A program made the translations under genes and the position numbers. The notes under the pieces are model-generated. The model was given only the letters and a program-made list of their open reading frames with translations. It ran no database searches and was not told where the DNA came from. This document shows, piece by piece, positions 43,731 through 53,184 of a stretch of DNA of 64,000 nucleotides. Positions within the stretch are counted from its first letter, which is position 1. Every line of letters begins with the position of its first letter. The DNA is from a candidate division CPR3 bacterium 4484_211 (GTDB taxonomy: Bacteria > Patescibacteriota > 4484-211), in contig MZGJ01000004.1 of assembly GCA_002084955.1 (NCBI GenBank), forward strand, positions 3,155-67,154, written 5' to 3'.

Positions 43731-45275
43731 TTAAAATAGGGGCCTCTTTTCTTTGAGGTACCACTCATTAATATTTTCAAATCGATCCTGCGGCAGCCAA
43801 AGCTTGCGGATGTTTAGGCCTTTGATTTTAGTGGAGGCGATGTAATAAAGGTTAAGATGTTCCAAAAAGACGGCGGGAACTTCGGCATAAAAATATTTCT
43901 GAAAAGTGGCGTAGGCTTTTTTCCGTTCTTCTAGATCTAATTTTATTCTCCCCTCCTCTAAGGCTTTGTCTATCCGAGGGTGACTTATTCCGGAAAGATT
44001 CATTAACGGAGATTCTTTTTGACTGCTGTGCCAGTATATGTATGGATCGGGATCATGACCGTGTTCTTGGGCGATGAGAAAAGTTTCAAAATCATGTTTT
44101 TCAATTATTTCCTCAATACCTGCTTGATCCAGGGGTTCTACCACAGTCTCTATTCCCAAATCTTTCCATTGGTTTTTAATTGTCTTGGCGGTGTTTAGGT
44201 AAGTGCTTTCGTAGGGTGTTTTGAGATTAATTTTTTTAGGCAGACTAATATTTTTTTGGACTTGGTAGTCTTTGGCTTGTTGGGCATGGGCCCAAGAAAT
44301 TTGCGGGATGGGCGAGGAGGAATGAACACCGGGAGTTTCAAGCTTAAGGCCGGCGGCTAGTGTTTCTCGCACCTTTTTGTCTTTTAATTTTTCGTCTCGT
44401 AAGTTAAAGATTATGACCAGGCTTCTGCCCCAGGTGGGTTTAATTAGCCTGATCGCATTGGGCCAGCTTTCTAGTTTATTAAAATCTTCATAAGTTGGAA
44501 GATTTAGGCTCATAATTTCTCCCAATTTAAATGCGGTAATGGCGTCTGAAGTGGCGGGGTAGAATTTAAAGCGGATGGAATTTAGATAGCCGTCAGGCAG
44601 GCTGAATTCTATCCAATCCACCCAGTTCTCAATCTTAGCGCTAAATTTGATAGCTTTAAATTTGGCCGGTCCGCTTCCTACCGGCCGGAGGTTAAGGGGA
44701 TGGGTTTTGAGTTTATCAAGCGGGATCTGTTGCCATAAATGCGCCGGTAAAATGCCCGTACATAAATTTTCTATGAAGGGGGCAAAGGCGGTTTTTAGAG
44801 TAAATTGAATGTGATTTTGGTCAATTTTGTCAATGGTTACCTCTTCAAAAGTCTTTTTCTCGGGACCGTCATAGGCAGTATTTTGGGTGAGCTGGTAGGT
44901 GAAAACAACATCGTCAGCGGTAACTGGATGGCCGTCACTCCAGTATTGATTGGGTTTAAGCGCAACTACATAGACTTTACCCCCTTCCTTAACTTCCCAG
45001 TTTTTGGCCAGGTCTCCCACCGGTTGATTACGGGCGTTGTATTTAATAAGGCCGCGAAAGACCAGGTGGGACAGTTCGCGATCAATTCGGTTTTGATCAG
45101 CATATAGGGGATTTAGGAGTCTGGGTTGGCCTATAATCCCTTCTACTACTCGACCCCCACCAGCCGGTACCTTGGGAAGATGAAAATACCAGAATGAAAT
45201 TGCCGCCATGGCCATAATACCCAGGATAGGCGGCAGAAAACCAATTAAATGGGAAAAAGGTTTTTTGGGCATCAA
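43731..45275 (-). CDS. ABC transporter substrate-binding protein, family 5
   Basis: LNPL, GL, LA..W, WSDG.P.TADDV.FT, PVGSGP. Confidence 0.88.
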   Translation of the reverse strand: MMPKKPFSHLIGFLPPILGIMAMAAISFWYFHLPKVPAGGGRVVEGIIGQPRLLNPLYADQNRIDRELSHLVFRGLIKYNARNQPVGDLAKNWEVKEGGKVYVVALKPNQYWSDGHPVTADDVVFTYQLTQNTAYDGPEKKTFEEVTIDKIDQNHIQFTLKTAFAPFIENLCTGILPAHLWQQIPLDKLKTHPLNLRPVGSGPAKFKAIKFSAKIENWVDWIEFSLPDGYLNSIRFKFYPATSDAITAFKLGEIMSLNLPTYEDFNKLESWPNAIRLIKPTWGRSLVIIFNLRDEKLKDKKVRETLAAGLKLETPGVHSSSPIPQISWAHAQQAKDYQVQKNISLPKKINLKTPYESTYLNTAKTIKNQWKDLGIETVVEPLDQAGIEEIIEKHDFETFLIAQEHGHDPDPYIYWHSSQKESPLMNLSGISHPRIDKALEEGRIKLDLEERKKAYATFQKYFYAEVPAVFLEHLNLYYIASTKIKGLNIRKLWLPQDRFENINEWYLKEKRPLF

Positions 45276-45287
45276 TTCCTTTCTGTT

Positions 45288-45512
45288 TTAGCTGAAAATT
45301 ACGTTGAGTATGGATGTAAAGCTGAACAAGACGGCTAAAATGATCGTGAGGACAAAAATAAATTTTTCTGCCCCGCGCTTGGTGTGGTAAATTTCACCTC
45401 CACCGCCAAATAAACCGGACAATCCGCTTTCTGGCGCCTGCAAAAGTACGGCGCCTACAAGCAGAAGACAGATGAGGATATGGATTATTTGTAAGATTAA
45501 AGGCCAGGGCAT
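45288..45512 (-). CDS. secG: Preprotein translocase subunit SecG
   Basis: VLLQ...GLSG.FGG......RGAEK and two TMs. Confidence 0.9.
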   Translation of the reverse strand: MPWPLILQIIHILICLLLVGAVLLQAPESGLSGLFGGGGEIYHTKRGAEKFIFVLTIILAVLFSFTSILNVIFS

Positions 45513-45547
45513 TGAACTTAGTTCCAATTTTCAATGTTTCAATTTTT

Positions 45548-45949
45548 TTATTCTACCAGCCAGTGTAAACAGCCTGAGATCACGCTTATTAATGAAGCTC
45601 CGATGATAGCTATTCCCCAGGCAGGGATAAAGAAAGGAACGATGAAAATTGGTCCAAAATCAATTCCCGGAAACCACATTCCGGAAATTTCAAAATTCTC
45701 TAGTAAGAAGGCGGTTAGATAGAGCATCGCCCCGTTAATAACCAGGCTGAAAAGTCCCAAGGTTATCAGCTGTATGGGAAGAGCAAAAAAGGAGATGATT
45801 GGTTTAACAAAAAGGTTGATAACACCAAAGAATAAAGTGATTACCAATAGGCCGCCAATTCCGCCCTGGTAGGATATGCTGGGAACGAGCCTGGCGGTGA
45901 TGGCCACGGCAAGGGCATTTACTATAACTCTTAGAATGATTTTCTTCAT
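45548..45949 (-). CDS. YvlD/phage holin family 4 membrane protein
   Basis: G.IN..VKP......LP...ITLGLF..VING. Confidence 0.85.
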   Translation of the reverse strand: MKKIILRVIVNALAVAITARLVPSISYQGGIGGLLVITLFFGVINLFVKPIISFFALPIQLITLGLFSLVINGAMLYLTAFLLENFEISGMWFPGIDFGPIFIVPFFIPAWGIAIIGASLISVISGCLHWLVE

Positions 45950-46049
45950 TCCTGCCTAAGTTTAGCACAACACCGTTTAAAGGTCAAAAGTGCCTTGTGC
46001 GGTGTCAGGAAGCAACTGAGAGCATTAATTCTTGAAAGTTAAACAAAAA

Positions 46050-48044
46050 TTATATTTTTTTAAGCTCCTCAATCTTATCTCTCAAAAAGGCGGCTTTTTC
46101 AAATTCTAAATTTTTGGCGGCTGTTAACATCTGTTGTTCCAGCTCGGCAATAGAGCTGGTAGTTAGATTTCTGTCTTCCTTTAGAAAACTCCCTATTGAA
46201 TTAGTTTTCTTGGTTAACTCTTCTTTCTTTCTCTCAATAACTTTTTCCCGAATTGGTTTTCTTATTGACTTTGGCTTTATTCCGTGTTCGGCGTTATACC
46301 TTACCTGTATTTCGCGGCGGCGGTTGATCTCATCAATAGCTTCCTGCATGGAATTGGTAATTTTATCTGCGTACATAATAACCTCCCCGTTAATGTGGCG
46401 GGCGGCGCGTCCCATGACCTGGATCAGCGAGGTGGCAGATCGCAAAAAACCTTCTTTGTCGGCATCTAGGATGGCCACCAAAGAAACCTCGGGTAAATCC
46501 AGTCCTTCCCGGAGGAGATTAATGCCAACCACCACATCGTATTTGCCGCGCCGTAAGTTTTCCAAAATATCCAAGCGGTCTAGCGTGTCTACATCGGCGT
46601 GTAAATAGCAGGCCTTAATACCTTGCTCACTGAGGTATTCGGTTAGATCCTCAGCCAAACGTTTGGTTAAAGTGGTCACCAGGACCCTTTCTCTTTTTTT
46701 AGTGCGCTTAATAATTTCATCTACCAGGTTTTCTATCTGGTTTTGGATACTGCGCACTTTAATTTCTGGATCCAGAAGCCCGGTGGGGCGGATAAGTTGT
46801 TCGACAATTCCTTTCTTGAATGCCCGGGCTTTGTTTACTTCCCATTTTCCCGGGGTGGCTGAAGTGTAGATAATCTGCGGCGCTTTTTTTAAAAATTCGT
46901 CAAATCTTAGGGGACGGTTGTCCAAAGCTGACGGCAGGCGAAAGCCATAGTCAATTAGGGTCTGTTTGCGTGCCCGATCCCCTTCATACATGCCCCGAAT
47001 TTGGGGAATAGTCATGTGGGATTCATCTATGATGATCAGAAAATCTTTACCAAATCGGTGGGTAAAGAAATCTAGGAGAGTAAAAGGAGGCTCCCCCGGC
47101 GCGCGGCCGTCAAAATAGCGGGAATAATTTTCTATACCGGAACAATAGCCAATTTCGGAAATTAATTCCAGATCGTAATTAGTGCGCTGCTCCAGCCGAT
47201 AGGCTTCTAAGTTTTTCCCCTGCTTTTTGAGTTTGGCTGTTTGTTTTTTTAAGTCTCTTTGAATTGCTTTTATGGCTTGCTTTTTTCTCTCTTCGGCGGT
47301 GATGAAATGTTTCGCTGGATAAAGGGAAAAATTTTTTAGGTTTTCTAAAATATTGCCGCTAAGGGGATCAATTTTTTGAATTTTTACCAATCGGTTATCA
47401 AGTATTTCTAGCCTGATCAGGAAATCAGTATAAGAGGGCCAAAAATCTACCAGCTCCCCTTTGACCCTAAAGGCGGAGCGTTTAAGATGGTAATCATTGC
47501 GCTGGTAGTAAAGATGAAGAAGTCTCTTAATGAGATTCTCGCGGCATAGTTCCATGCCTACGGCCAGTTCAATAATTCTGGTAGCATACTCCGTTGGTGA
47601 ACCCATGTTGTAAATGCAGGAAACAGAGGCTACCACGATAATGTCATTTCGCGTCATTATTGAAGTTGTCGCCGAGAGGCGGAGTTTGTCAATAAATTCG
47701 TTAATGCCGGCGTCTTTGGCGATGTAGGTGTCGGTTTGAGGGATGTAGGCTTCGGGCTGATAGTAGTCATAGTAGGAAACAAAATATTCCACGGCGTTTT
47801 TTGGGAAAAAATCACGGTATTCTTGAAAAAGCTGGGCCGCTAAGGTTTTATTATGGGAAATAACTAGGGCTGGCGTTTGAATGTTCTGGATAACATTGGC
47901 CATGGTAAATGTTTTGCCTGATCCGGTAACGCCAAGCAGAACCTGGTGTTTTAGGCCGGCTTTTAGTCCTTGGGCAAGTTTTTCAATTGCCTCTGGTTGA
48001 TCTCCGGTGGGCTCAAAATTTGAGACGAGTTTAAGTTTAGGCAC
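46050..48044 (-). CDS. uvrB: Excinuclease ABC subunit B
   Basis: GVTGSGKT, SYYDYYQPEAY, DESH, GRAAR, UVR domain; probable GTG start at 48044. Confidence 0.97.
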   Translation of the reverse strand: MPKLKLVSNFEPTGDQPEAIEKLAQGLKAGLKHQVLLGVTGSGKTFTMANVIQNIQTPALVISHNKTLAAQLFQEYRDFFPKNAVEYFVSYYDYYQPEAYIPQTDTYIAKDAGINEFIDKLRLSATTSIMTRNDIIVVASVSCIYNMGSPTEYATRIIELAVGMELCRENLIKRLLHLYYQRNDYHLKRSAFRVKGELVDFWPSYTDFLIRLEILDNRLVKIQKIDPLSGNILENLKNFSLYPAKHFITAEERKKQAIKAIQRDLKKQTAKLKKQGKNLEAYRLEQRTNYDLELISEIGYCSGIENYSRYFDGRAPGEPPFTLLDFFTHRFGKDFLIIIDESHMTIPQIRGMYEGDRARKQTLIDYGFRLPSALDNRPLRFDEFLKKAPQIIYTSATPGKWEVNKARAFKKGIVEQLIRPTGLLDPEIKVRSIQNQIENLVDEIIKRTKKRERVLVTTLTKRLAEDLTEYLSEQGIKACYLHADVDTLDRLDILENLRRGKYDVVVGINLLREGLDLPEVSLVAILDADKEGFLRSATSLIQVMGRAARHINGEVIMYADKITNSMQEAIDEINRRREIQVRYNAEHGIKPKSIRKPIREKVIERKKEELTKKTNSIGSFLKEDRNLTTSSIAELEQQMLTAAKNLEFEKAAFLRDKIEELKKI

Positions 48045-48270
48045 TGATGCTGGTTTGGAGATAACTTGGTTTCTAGAATTATCTCCGGGAATTTCTGCAA
48101 CTATTGTAACACCAGCCCGCATTTGTGAGATTGAAGTCTCTGAGAGCTATCAGATGTTAAGTTTTAAGAATAGGGTGCGGTAAATGGATAGTATTTTGGT
48201 ATCTAAACAGGACAGCGCCTGTAAAATATTTTTGAGAATGGGTCGTAAATGCCCAGCCCAGCAGTAAAAA

Positions 48271-48452
48271 ATAGGGTGACACCCTCAAAGAGGGTGTCAC
48301 CCTATCTGGCTACAGACTAAAGTCTAGTTGCGGAAACGAAGCACAGTTTGGGATAGATGATAGACTAGTCTATCATCTATTTTGATGAGGTCTGGTGGGA
48401 TTTGCCTTAACAGCAGGTTCTGGGTTAGGTATGATAGACTAGTCTATCATAC
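48271..48452. repeat. Cluster of palindromic REP-like elements
   Basis: GGGTGACACCC doublet at 48271-48305; perfect palindromes at 48353-48380 and 48429-48452 sharing ATGATAGACTAGTCTATCAT. Confidence 0.8.
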
Positions 48453-48497
48453 TGGCGTGATTGTTGGGCAGGTTGTGTTTTATACGATATACTAAGA

Positions 48498-50147
48498 GTG
48501 ATGGGTTTAGAGTTTTTAAGAACAAAACAGGCGGGCATTTACTCGCTAGGCAATTGGCAGCCGCATAGTGTGACAGAAAGAGCCGCACTTGCTCTTGCCA
48601 AGGAGATGAATCAGTATGCTTGGGATAAAGGCTGGGTTAAAGCTAATTGCACCGCGGTGTATTTTGTGGGTGGATATCCGCGTGACTTAATGTATCGGCA
48701 GCTAAAAGGGCGGGATTTTGCGGCTAAAGATATCGATCTAACTACGCCGCTAAGGTGGGAGCAGGCAGCGGAATTCTTAGAAAGTCAGAAGATCACCGAC
48801 CTAACAGTTATAGAGGGGATAGAAAGCGAGAAGAAGAATTTGGTTCATCGCGTATTATACCCGTTTGGCCCTGATGGCAAACGGCTTGAATTTGAAATAA
48901 CCTCCTTTCGCGGTGAAAAAAATTACCGCGGCCATCATCCTCAAGAAGTTTGGCCGACTTTAGACATGCGTGAGGATGCCTCGCGGCGTGATTTTACAGT
49001 TAATGCCCTCTATTTTGATCCAGTTAGAAAGAAAATTATTGACTTTTTTAACGGGATAGAGGCTATAAAGGAGAATCTTTTGGATACGGTTGGTAATCCG
49101 AGACATAGATTTGGTGAAGATCCGGTGAGGATGCTGCGTTTGGTAAGGTTTAGGGCGCGGTATCAGATGAAGGTTGCTTGGCGGGCTGAGGGAGAGGTAA
49201 AAAACTGTCTTTCTGGTTTGGAAGCCGTTTCCGTAGAGCGGATTCGTGATGAAATGGAAAAGATCTTTTTAGAACCCCGTCTGGCTGATTCCATTGACTA
49301 TTTGGTGAAGCTGGGTTTAATGGACTGGGTAATTAGACCAAGCATTTTAGACGGGATGTCTTTTGGCGATCTGGATAAAGTGCAGCATCCGCCCGGGGCG
49401 CCTTATCATAAGGAGGGGAGTGTTTACCGCCACACTTTGGAAGTTTTAAAAGTTTTGGAATCAGAGCGGCTTCTAGGGTACTTTAAGAGGCTTTTTAGTA
49501 TCTTAAATAGGGCAAGCGGGGGGCAGAGTTCTGCAAGGGGCAGTTCCCAAACGAATATAGCTCAAAGTATGTACCCGGAATTAGTTTGGGCGGCGATTAT
49601 GCATGACACCGGTAAAGCTAAAACCCAGAGAGTGGAAGCCGACGGTCGAGTTACTTTTAAAAAGCACGAATATGTTTCCGCTCGGCAGGCGGCAAGTTTG
49701 GCCAAATATCTCAAGATGAGCCGTAGGGAAGCGCAGGGTATAAGCTGGATGGTAGAGAACCATCTGAGAATTAGACTTTTTCCTCAAATGAAATTAAGTA
49801 AAAAGACGGCACTGTTTGATAACGAATATTTTCCTCACCTGGTGATGCTTTTATTTGCTGATCGTTTGGGGACTTTACCGGCCGAAGGCGGATATGAGAT
49901 GATTGATGATTTTTTGGATTCACTTGAGGGTTATACTGAATTTAGGCAGAGGCTGGAGAGAGAAAGCCGGTACCGGCTGCCTATAGATGGCCATGATGTT
50001 ATCGCCGCCGGTGTCCCCCAAGGACCCCGTGTTGGTCAGGTTCTTAAAGTTTTGAAAGAAAAGTTTGATGATTATTTAGATGAAAGAGGCAGGCCGCCAG
50101 AGCAGTCGACGGTTCAAAAATGGCTGGAAGAGGAAACAGCACCTTAG
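48498..50147 (+). CDS. cca: Class II tRNA nucleotidyltransferase (CCA-adding type) with HD domain
   Basis: VGGYPRD, DID, RRDFTVNAL, EDPVR, HT and HD.GK. Confidence 0.85.
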   Translation: MMGLEFLRTKQAGIYSLGNWQPHSVTERAALALAKEMNQYAWDKGWVKANCTAVYFVGGYPRDLMYRQLKGRDFAAKDIDLTTPLRWEQAAEFLESQKITDLTVIEGIESEKKNLVHRVLYPFGPDGKRLEFEITSFRGEKNYRGHHPQEVWPTLDMREDASRRDFTVNALYFDPVRKKIIDFFNGIEAIKENLLDTVGNPRHRFGEDPVRMLRLVRFRARYQMKVAWRAEGEVKNCLSGLEAVSVERIRDEMEKIFLEPRLADSIDYLVKLGLMDWVIRPSILDGMSFGDLDKVQHPPGAPYHKEGSVYRHTLEVLKVLESERLLGYFKRLFSILNRASGGQSSARGSSQTNIAQSMYPELVWAAIMHDTGKAKTQRVEADGRVTFKKHEYVSARQAASLAKYLKMSRREAQGISWMVENHLRIRLFPQMKLSKKTALFDNEYFPHLVMLLFADRLGTLPAEGGYEMIDDFLDSLEGYTEFRQRLERESRYRLPIDGHDVIAAGVPQGPRVGQVLKVLKEKFDDYLDERGRPPEQSTVQKWLEEETAP

Positions 50148-50187
50148 GATGTCTTAATGAAAATCCTAGTTCCCGGTGAGAAGAATA

Positions 50188-50856
50188 TCATGAAGAATTT
50201 AGATGGTCGTCCATTCCTTTAGCGGATCTTGTTTTATATTCACTGTACTTGTGGTAGAGGAAAAAGAAACTGGCGATGATGATTATAGCAAGAACTAAGT
50301 TTTCGTATTTTTCCAGCCAGCCGCCGACTAGTTCCCAGTTTTCTCCCAAGAGCTTCCCGGCGATGGTTAAAGCGGCGGTCCAGATGCCTGTTCCCAGCGT
50401 GGTGAAGAAAAGAAACTTGCCCCAATTCATTTGGGAAAGGCCGGCGGGGATAGATATGAGACTACGGATAATAGGAATTAAGCGGCCGGTAAAAATAATT
50501 AACTCTCCTCTTTTCTTAAATTGTTCAAGGGCTTTGTCCAAATCGGATTCGGACAAAAAAAGATAACGGCCGAATTTCCTAAAAAAATTCCTCACAATAA
50601 TTTCGTTCCCCCACGCGCCGAAGGCGTACCAAAAAATTGCTCCCAAAACTGAACCCAATGTCCCCATTAATATCGCGATTATCAGATTGAATTTCCCTTG
50701 AGTCGCCAAAAAGCCGGCAAAAGGCATTACCACTTCCGAAGGAATGGGAGGGAAAACGTTTTCCAGAGCCATGATGGCAACAATGCCGGGATAGCCAAGG
50801 GCGGAGATGATGTTTAGGGCAAATTGAGAGATTAATGATAAAAGAGCAGGAATCAT
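50188..50856 (-). CDS. DedA family protein
   Basis: LENVFPPIPSE, GRLIP.IRS.ISIPAG. Confidence 0.92.
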   Translation of the reverse strand: MIPALLSLISQFALNIISALGYPGIVAIMALENVFPPIPSEVVMPFAGFLATQGKFNLIIAILMGTLGSVLGAIFWYAFGAWGNEIIVRNFFRKFGRYLFLSESDLDKALEQFKKRGELIIFTGRLIPIIRSLISIPAGLSQMNWGKFLFFTTLGTGIWTAALTIAGKLLGENWELVGGWLEKYENLVLAIIIIASFFFLYHKYSEYKTRSAKGMDDHLNSS

Positions 50857-50930
50857 AGTTAATTTTCAATCCCTTAAATCCAAATTTCAAGGTCCAAATT
50901 TCAAATCAAGTTCAAAGCTCAAAGTTTGAA

Positions 50931-51308
50931 TTATTTCTTCTTTCCCTTTAGTATCGTGGAAAAAATCAAAGTCAGCTCGTGGGCCTCTTTCCATAATTGT
51001 TTGCACTTATCCTTCTTGACAGGATATGCTTTGGTAAGCATTCGTACCCAATGCATCGTTTCTTTAGCTTCCTTCCTGCAGAGACTAATTTTGTGTTTGA
51101 AATCCCTCTTCGATTCTGCCGCATCTGCTTCCATGTAGTTTGCACCAATACTTGTTCCTGATCTAACTACCTGACTTACAAGTGGGCGGATTACGGTCGT
51201 ATTTGGTAATTTTTGGGCAAATTCCACAATACTTTCTCCAAATGTTGCCGTTCTTTCTTCTAGGTCGTATACTTTTTTGTCATTTGGGTTTTGGATTTGG
51301 TTTGTCAT
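50931..51308 (-). CDS. Four-helix-bundle protein (23S rRNA IVP/Avd-like family)
   Basis: DL.ER...F, Q..RSGTSIGANY.EA....S..DF.HK......EA.ET..W. Confidence 0.93.
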   Translation of the reverse strand: MTNQIQNPNDKKVYDLEERTATFGESIVEFAQKLPNTTVIRPLVSQVVRSGTSIGANYMEADAAESKRDFKHKISLCRKEAKETMHWVRMLTKAYPVKKDKCKQLWKEAHELTLIFSTILKGKKK

Positions 51309-51393
51309 TTGAACTTTGTCCTTTGACGCTTCCCTTATAGATTGAAAATTGTAAATTGGAAGTTGGGGGCTGGATTATTTTTACGTTTTGCAC

Positions 51394-53124
51394 TTATTTG
51401 ACCAGTGTCGAAGTATCTCCTATCGGCAATCCCATTTCTTTGGCTTTCAAAAATCGGCGGACTATTTTGCCGCTTCTGGTTTTGGGGAGAAATTTAACAA
51501 ATTCAATCTCTCGCGGATAGGCGTGCCCGGCCAGATGTTTTTTTACAAACTTCTTAATGTTTTCTTTAAGCTCTTCGGTTCCCCTTTCTCCCTCTTTTAG
51601 AATTACAAAGGCTTTAATAATTTCTCCTCTCATCGGGTCTGGCTTGCCAATGACCCCGGCTTCAATAATTGACGGATGTTCTACCAAAGCCGATTCCACC
51701 TCAAAGGGTCCTACCCTTTCCCCGGAGGTTTTAATAACATCATCGGCGCGGCCGATAAACCAGAAATAGCCATCTTTATCCATATAGGCGCGGTCGCCGG
51801 AAATATACCAATTATTTACAAAATAGCTTTCGTATTTCTGCGGTCTTCTCCAGATCTTCTGCATCATTGAGGGCCAGCCGGGCTTAATGGCTAAGTTACC
51901 TTCCTGCATTGGCGGCAGCACCTTCCCTTTATCATCTACAATGGCCGCTTTTATTCCCGGCAGGGGCTTACCCATGGAGCCGGGTTTGATGTCCATACTT
52001 GGGTAATTGGCAATTAAGATCCCGCCGGTCTCAGTTTGCCACCAGTTGTCATGAAAAGGGATCCCAAAAACCTTTAGTCCCCACCAAACTCCTTCCGGAT
52101 TTAGAGGTTCTCCAACACTGCAGAGATGACGCAGTTGGCGGAGGTCAAATTTTTTGGGCAGCTCGTCGCCGGCGGCAATAAGCATGCGAACGGCGGTGGG
52201 GGCGGTGTACCAGACAGTCACATCGTATTCCTGCAAAATCTCGTACCATTTTTCGGGGTTAAAGCGGCCTTGGTAAACCACGGTGGCGGCGCCGTTGGAC
52301 CAGGTTCCCAAAATTTCGTAGGCAATGCCGGTAACCCATCCGGGATCAGCCGTGCACCAGTAAATGTCGTCTTCGTGGATATCCAGAACCCACTTGGCGC
52401 TCATGTGTTCATGCAAAATTGCCAGGTGTTGATGGATAACCCCTTTGGGCTTGCCGGTGGTTCCGGAAGTATACAGCATAAAAGCCGGCTCGGTGGGCTT
52501 CATATGAGCCGTGCGAAACTCTTCAGAAGCTTTGGCCATAGCCTTGGGCAAACTGACCGATTTGGGGGTATTCTCTTCGGAGTCAATCAGAAGAACTTTT
52601 TCCAAACGCGGGAGCTTGTCTCTTATTTTGTCAAGCCTTTTTTTTAATTCTTTGTTGGTGACCAAAATTTTGGCGGCGCTGTTTTGCAGGCGGTCGAGGA
52701 GTGCTTTTTCGCCAAAAGCGGAAAAAAGAGTTCCGGCAATGGCGCCGGTTTTCAACGTGCCTAAGAAACCATAGTAGAGTTCGGGAACCCGGGGAAGGAA
52801 GAAGAAAACACGGTCGCCGCGCTCAACGCCCAATTTTCTTAAAACATTGGCAAACTTGTTGCTTAACTCCATTAATTCCAGGAAGGTGTATTTTTTCTTT
52901 TCTCCCTTCTCGCCTTCCCAAAAAAGGGCCACCTTGCTCTTGCGATCACCTTGGGCATGGCGGTCAATGGCATTGTGGGCGGCGTTAATCCGGTTGTTGG
53001 GGAACCAGTCTAGTTCATGATAGGCTTTTCTCCACTCAAAAGCCTTGTAGACGCTTGCGTAGTTTTTAAGATTAGGTTCTTTTTTAAGGAGGTCTTTAGT
53101 TTTTTTGATAATTTCTTTGTTCAT
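51394..53124 (-). CDS. acsA: Acetate--CoA ligase
   Basis: YTSGTTGKPKG, WWQTETG, GRADD, LPKTRSGKI. Confidence 0.92.
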   Translation of the reverse strand: MNKEIIKKTKDLLKKEPNLKNYASVYKAFEWRKAYHELDWFPNNRINAAHNAIDRHAQGDRKSKVALFWEGEKGEKKKYTFLELMELSNKFANVLRKLGVERGDRVFFFLPRVPELYYGFLGTLKTGAIAGTLFSAFGEKALLDRLQNSAAKILVTNKELKKRLDKIRDKLPRLEKVLLIDSEENTPKSVSLPKAMAKASEEFRTAHMKPTEPAFMLYTSGTTGKPKGVIHQHLAILHEHMSAKWVLDIHEDDIYWCTADPGWVTGIAYEILGTWSNGAATVVYQGRFNPEKWYEILQEYDVTVWYTAPTAVRMLIAAGDELPKKFDLRQLRHLCSVGEPLNPEGVWWGLKVFGIPFHDNWWQTETGGILIANYPSMDIKPGSMGKPLPGIKAAIVDDKGKVLPPMQEGNLAIKPGWPSMMQKIWRRPQKYESYFVNNWYISGDRAYMDKDGYFWFIGRADDVIKTSGERVGPFEVESALVEHPSIIEAGVIGKPDPMRGEIIKAFVILKEGERGTEELKENIKKFVKKHLAGHAYPREIEFVKFLPKTRSGKIVRRFLKAKEMGLPIGDTSTLVK

Positions 53125-53184
53125 GTTTGGCTAATTTTAGCACGGATGATAAATCCGGCACAAGTAGACTGCATTTCTTTTAAA

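Noticed and set aside
45548-45949. Prophage, suggested by the holin-family gene
   Set aside because: This family is common in non-phage contexts and no phage genes are nearby
49521-49537. REP-derived insert in cca, similar to 3027-3043
   Set aside because: Only 15 of 17 bases match and there are just two copies; too weak without a genome-wide count
50931-51308. Diversity-generating retroelement (Avd-like gene)
   Set aside because: No reverse transcriptase and no TR/VR pair with adenine-specific mismatches in the window
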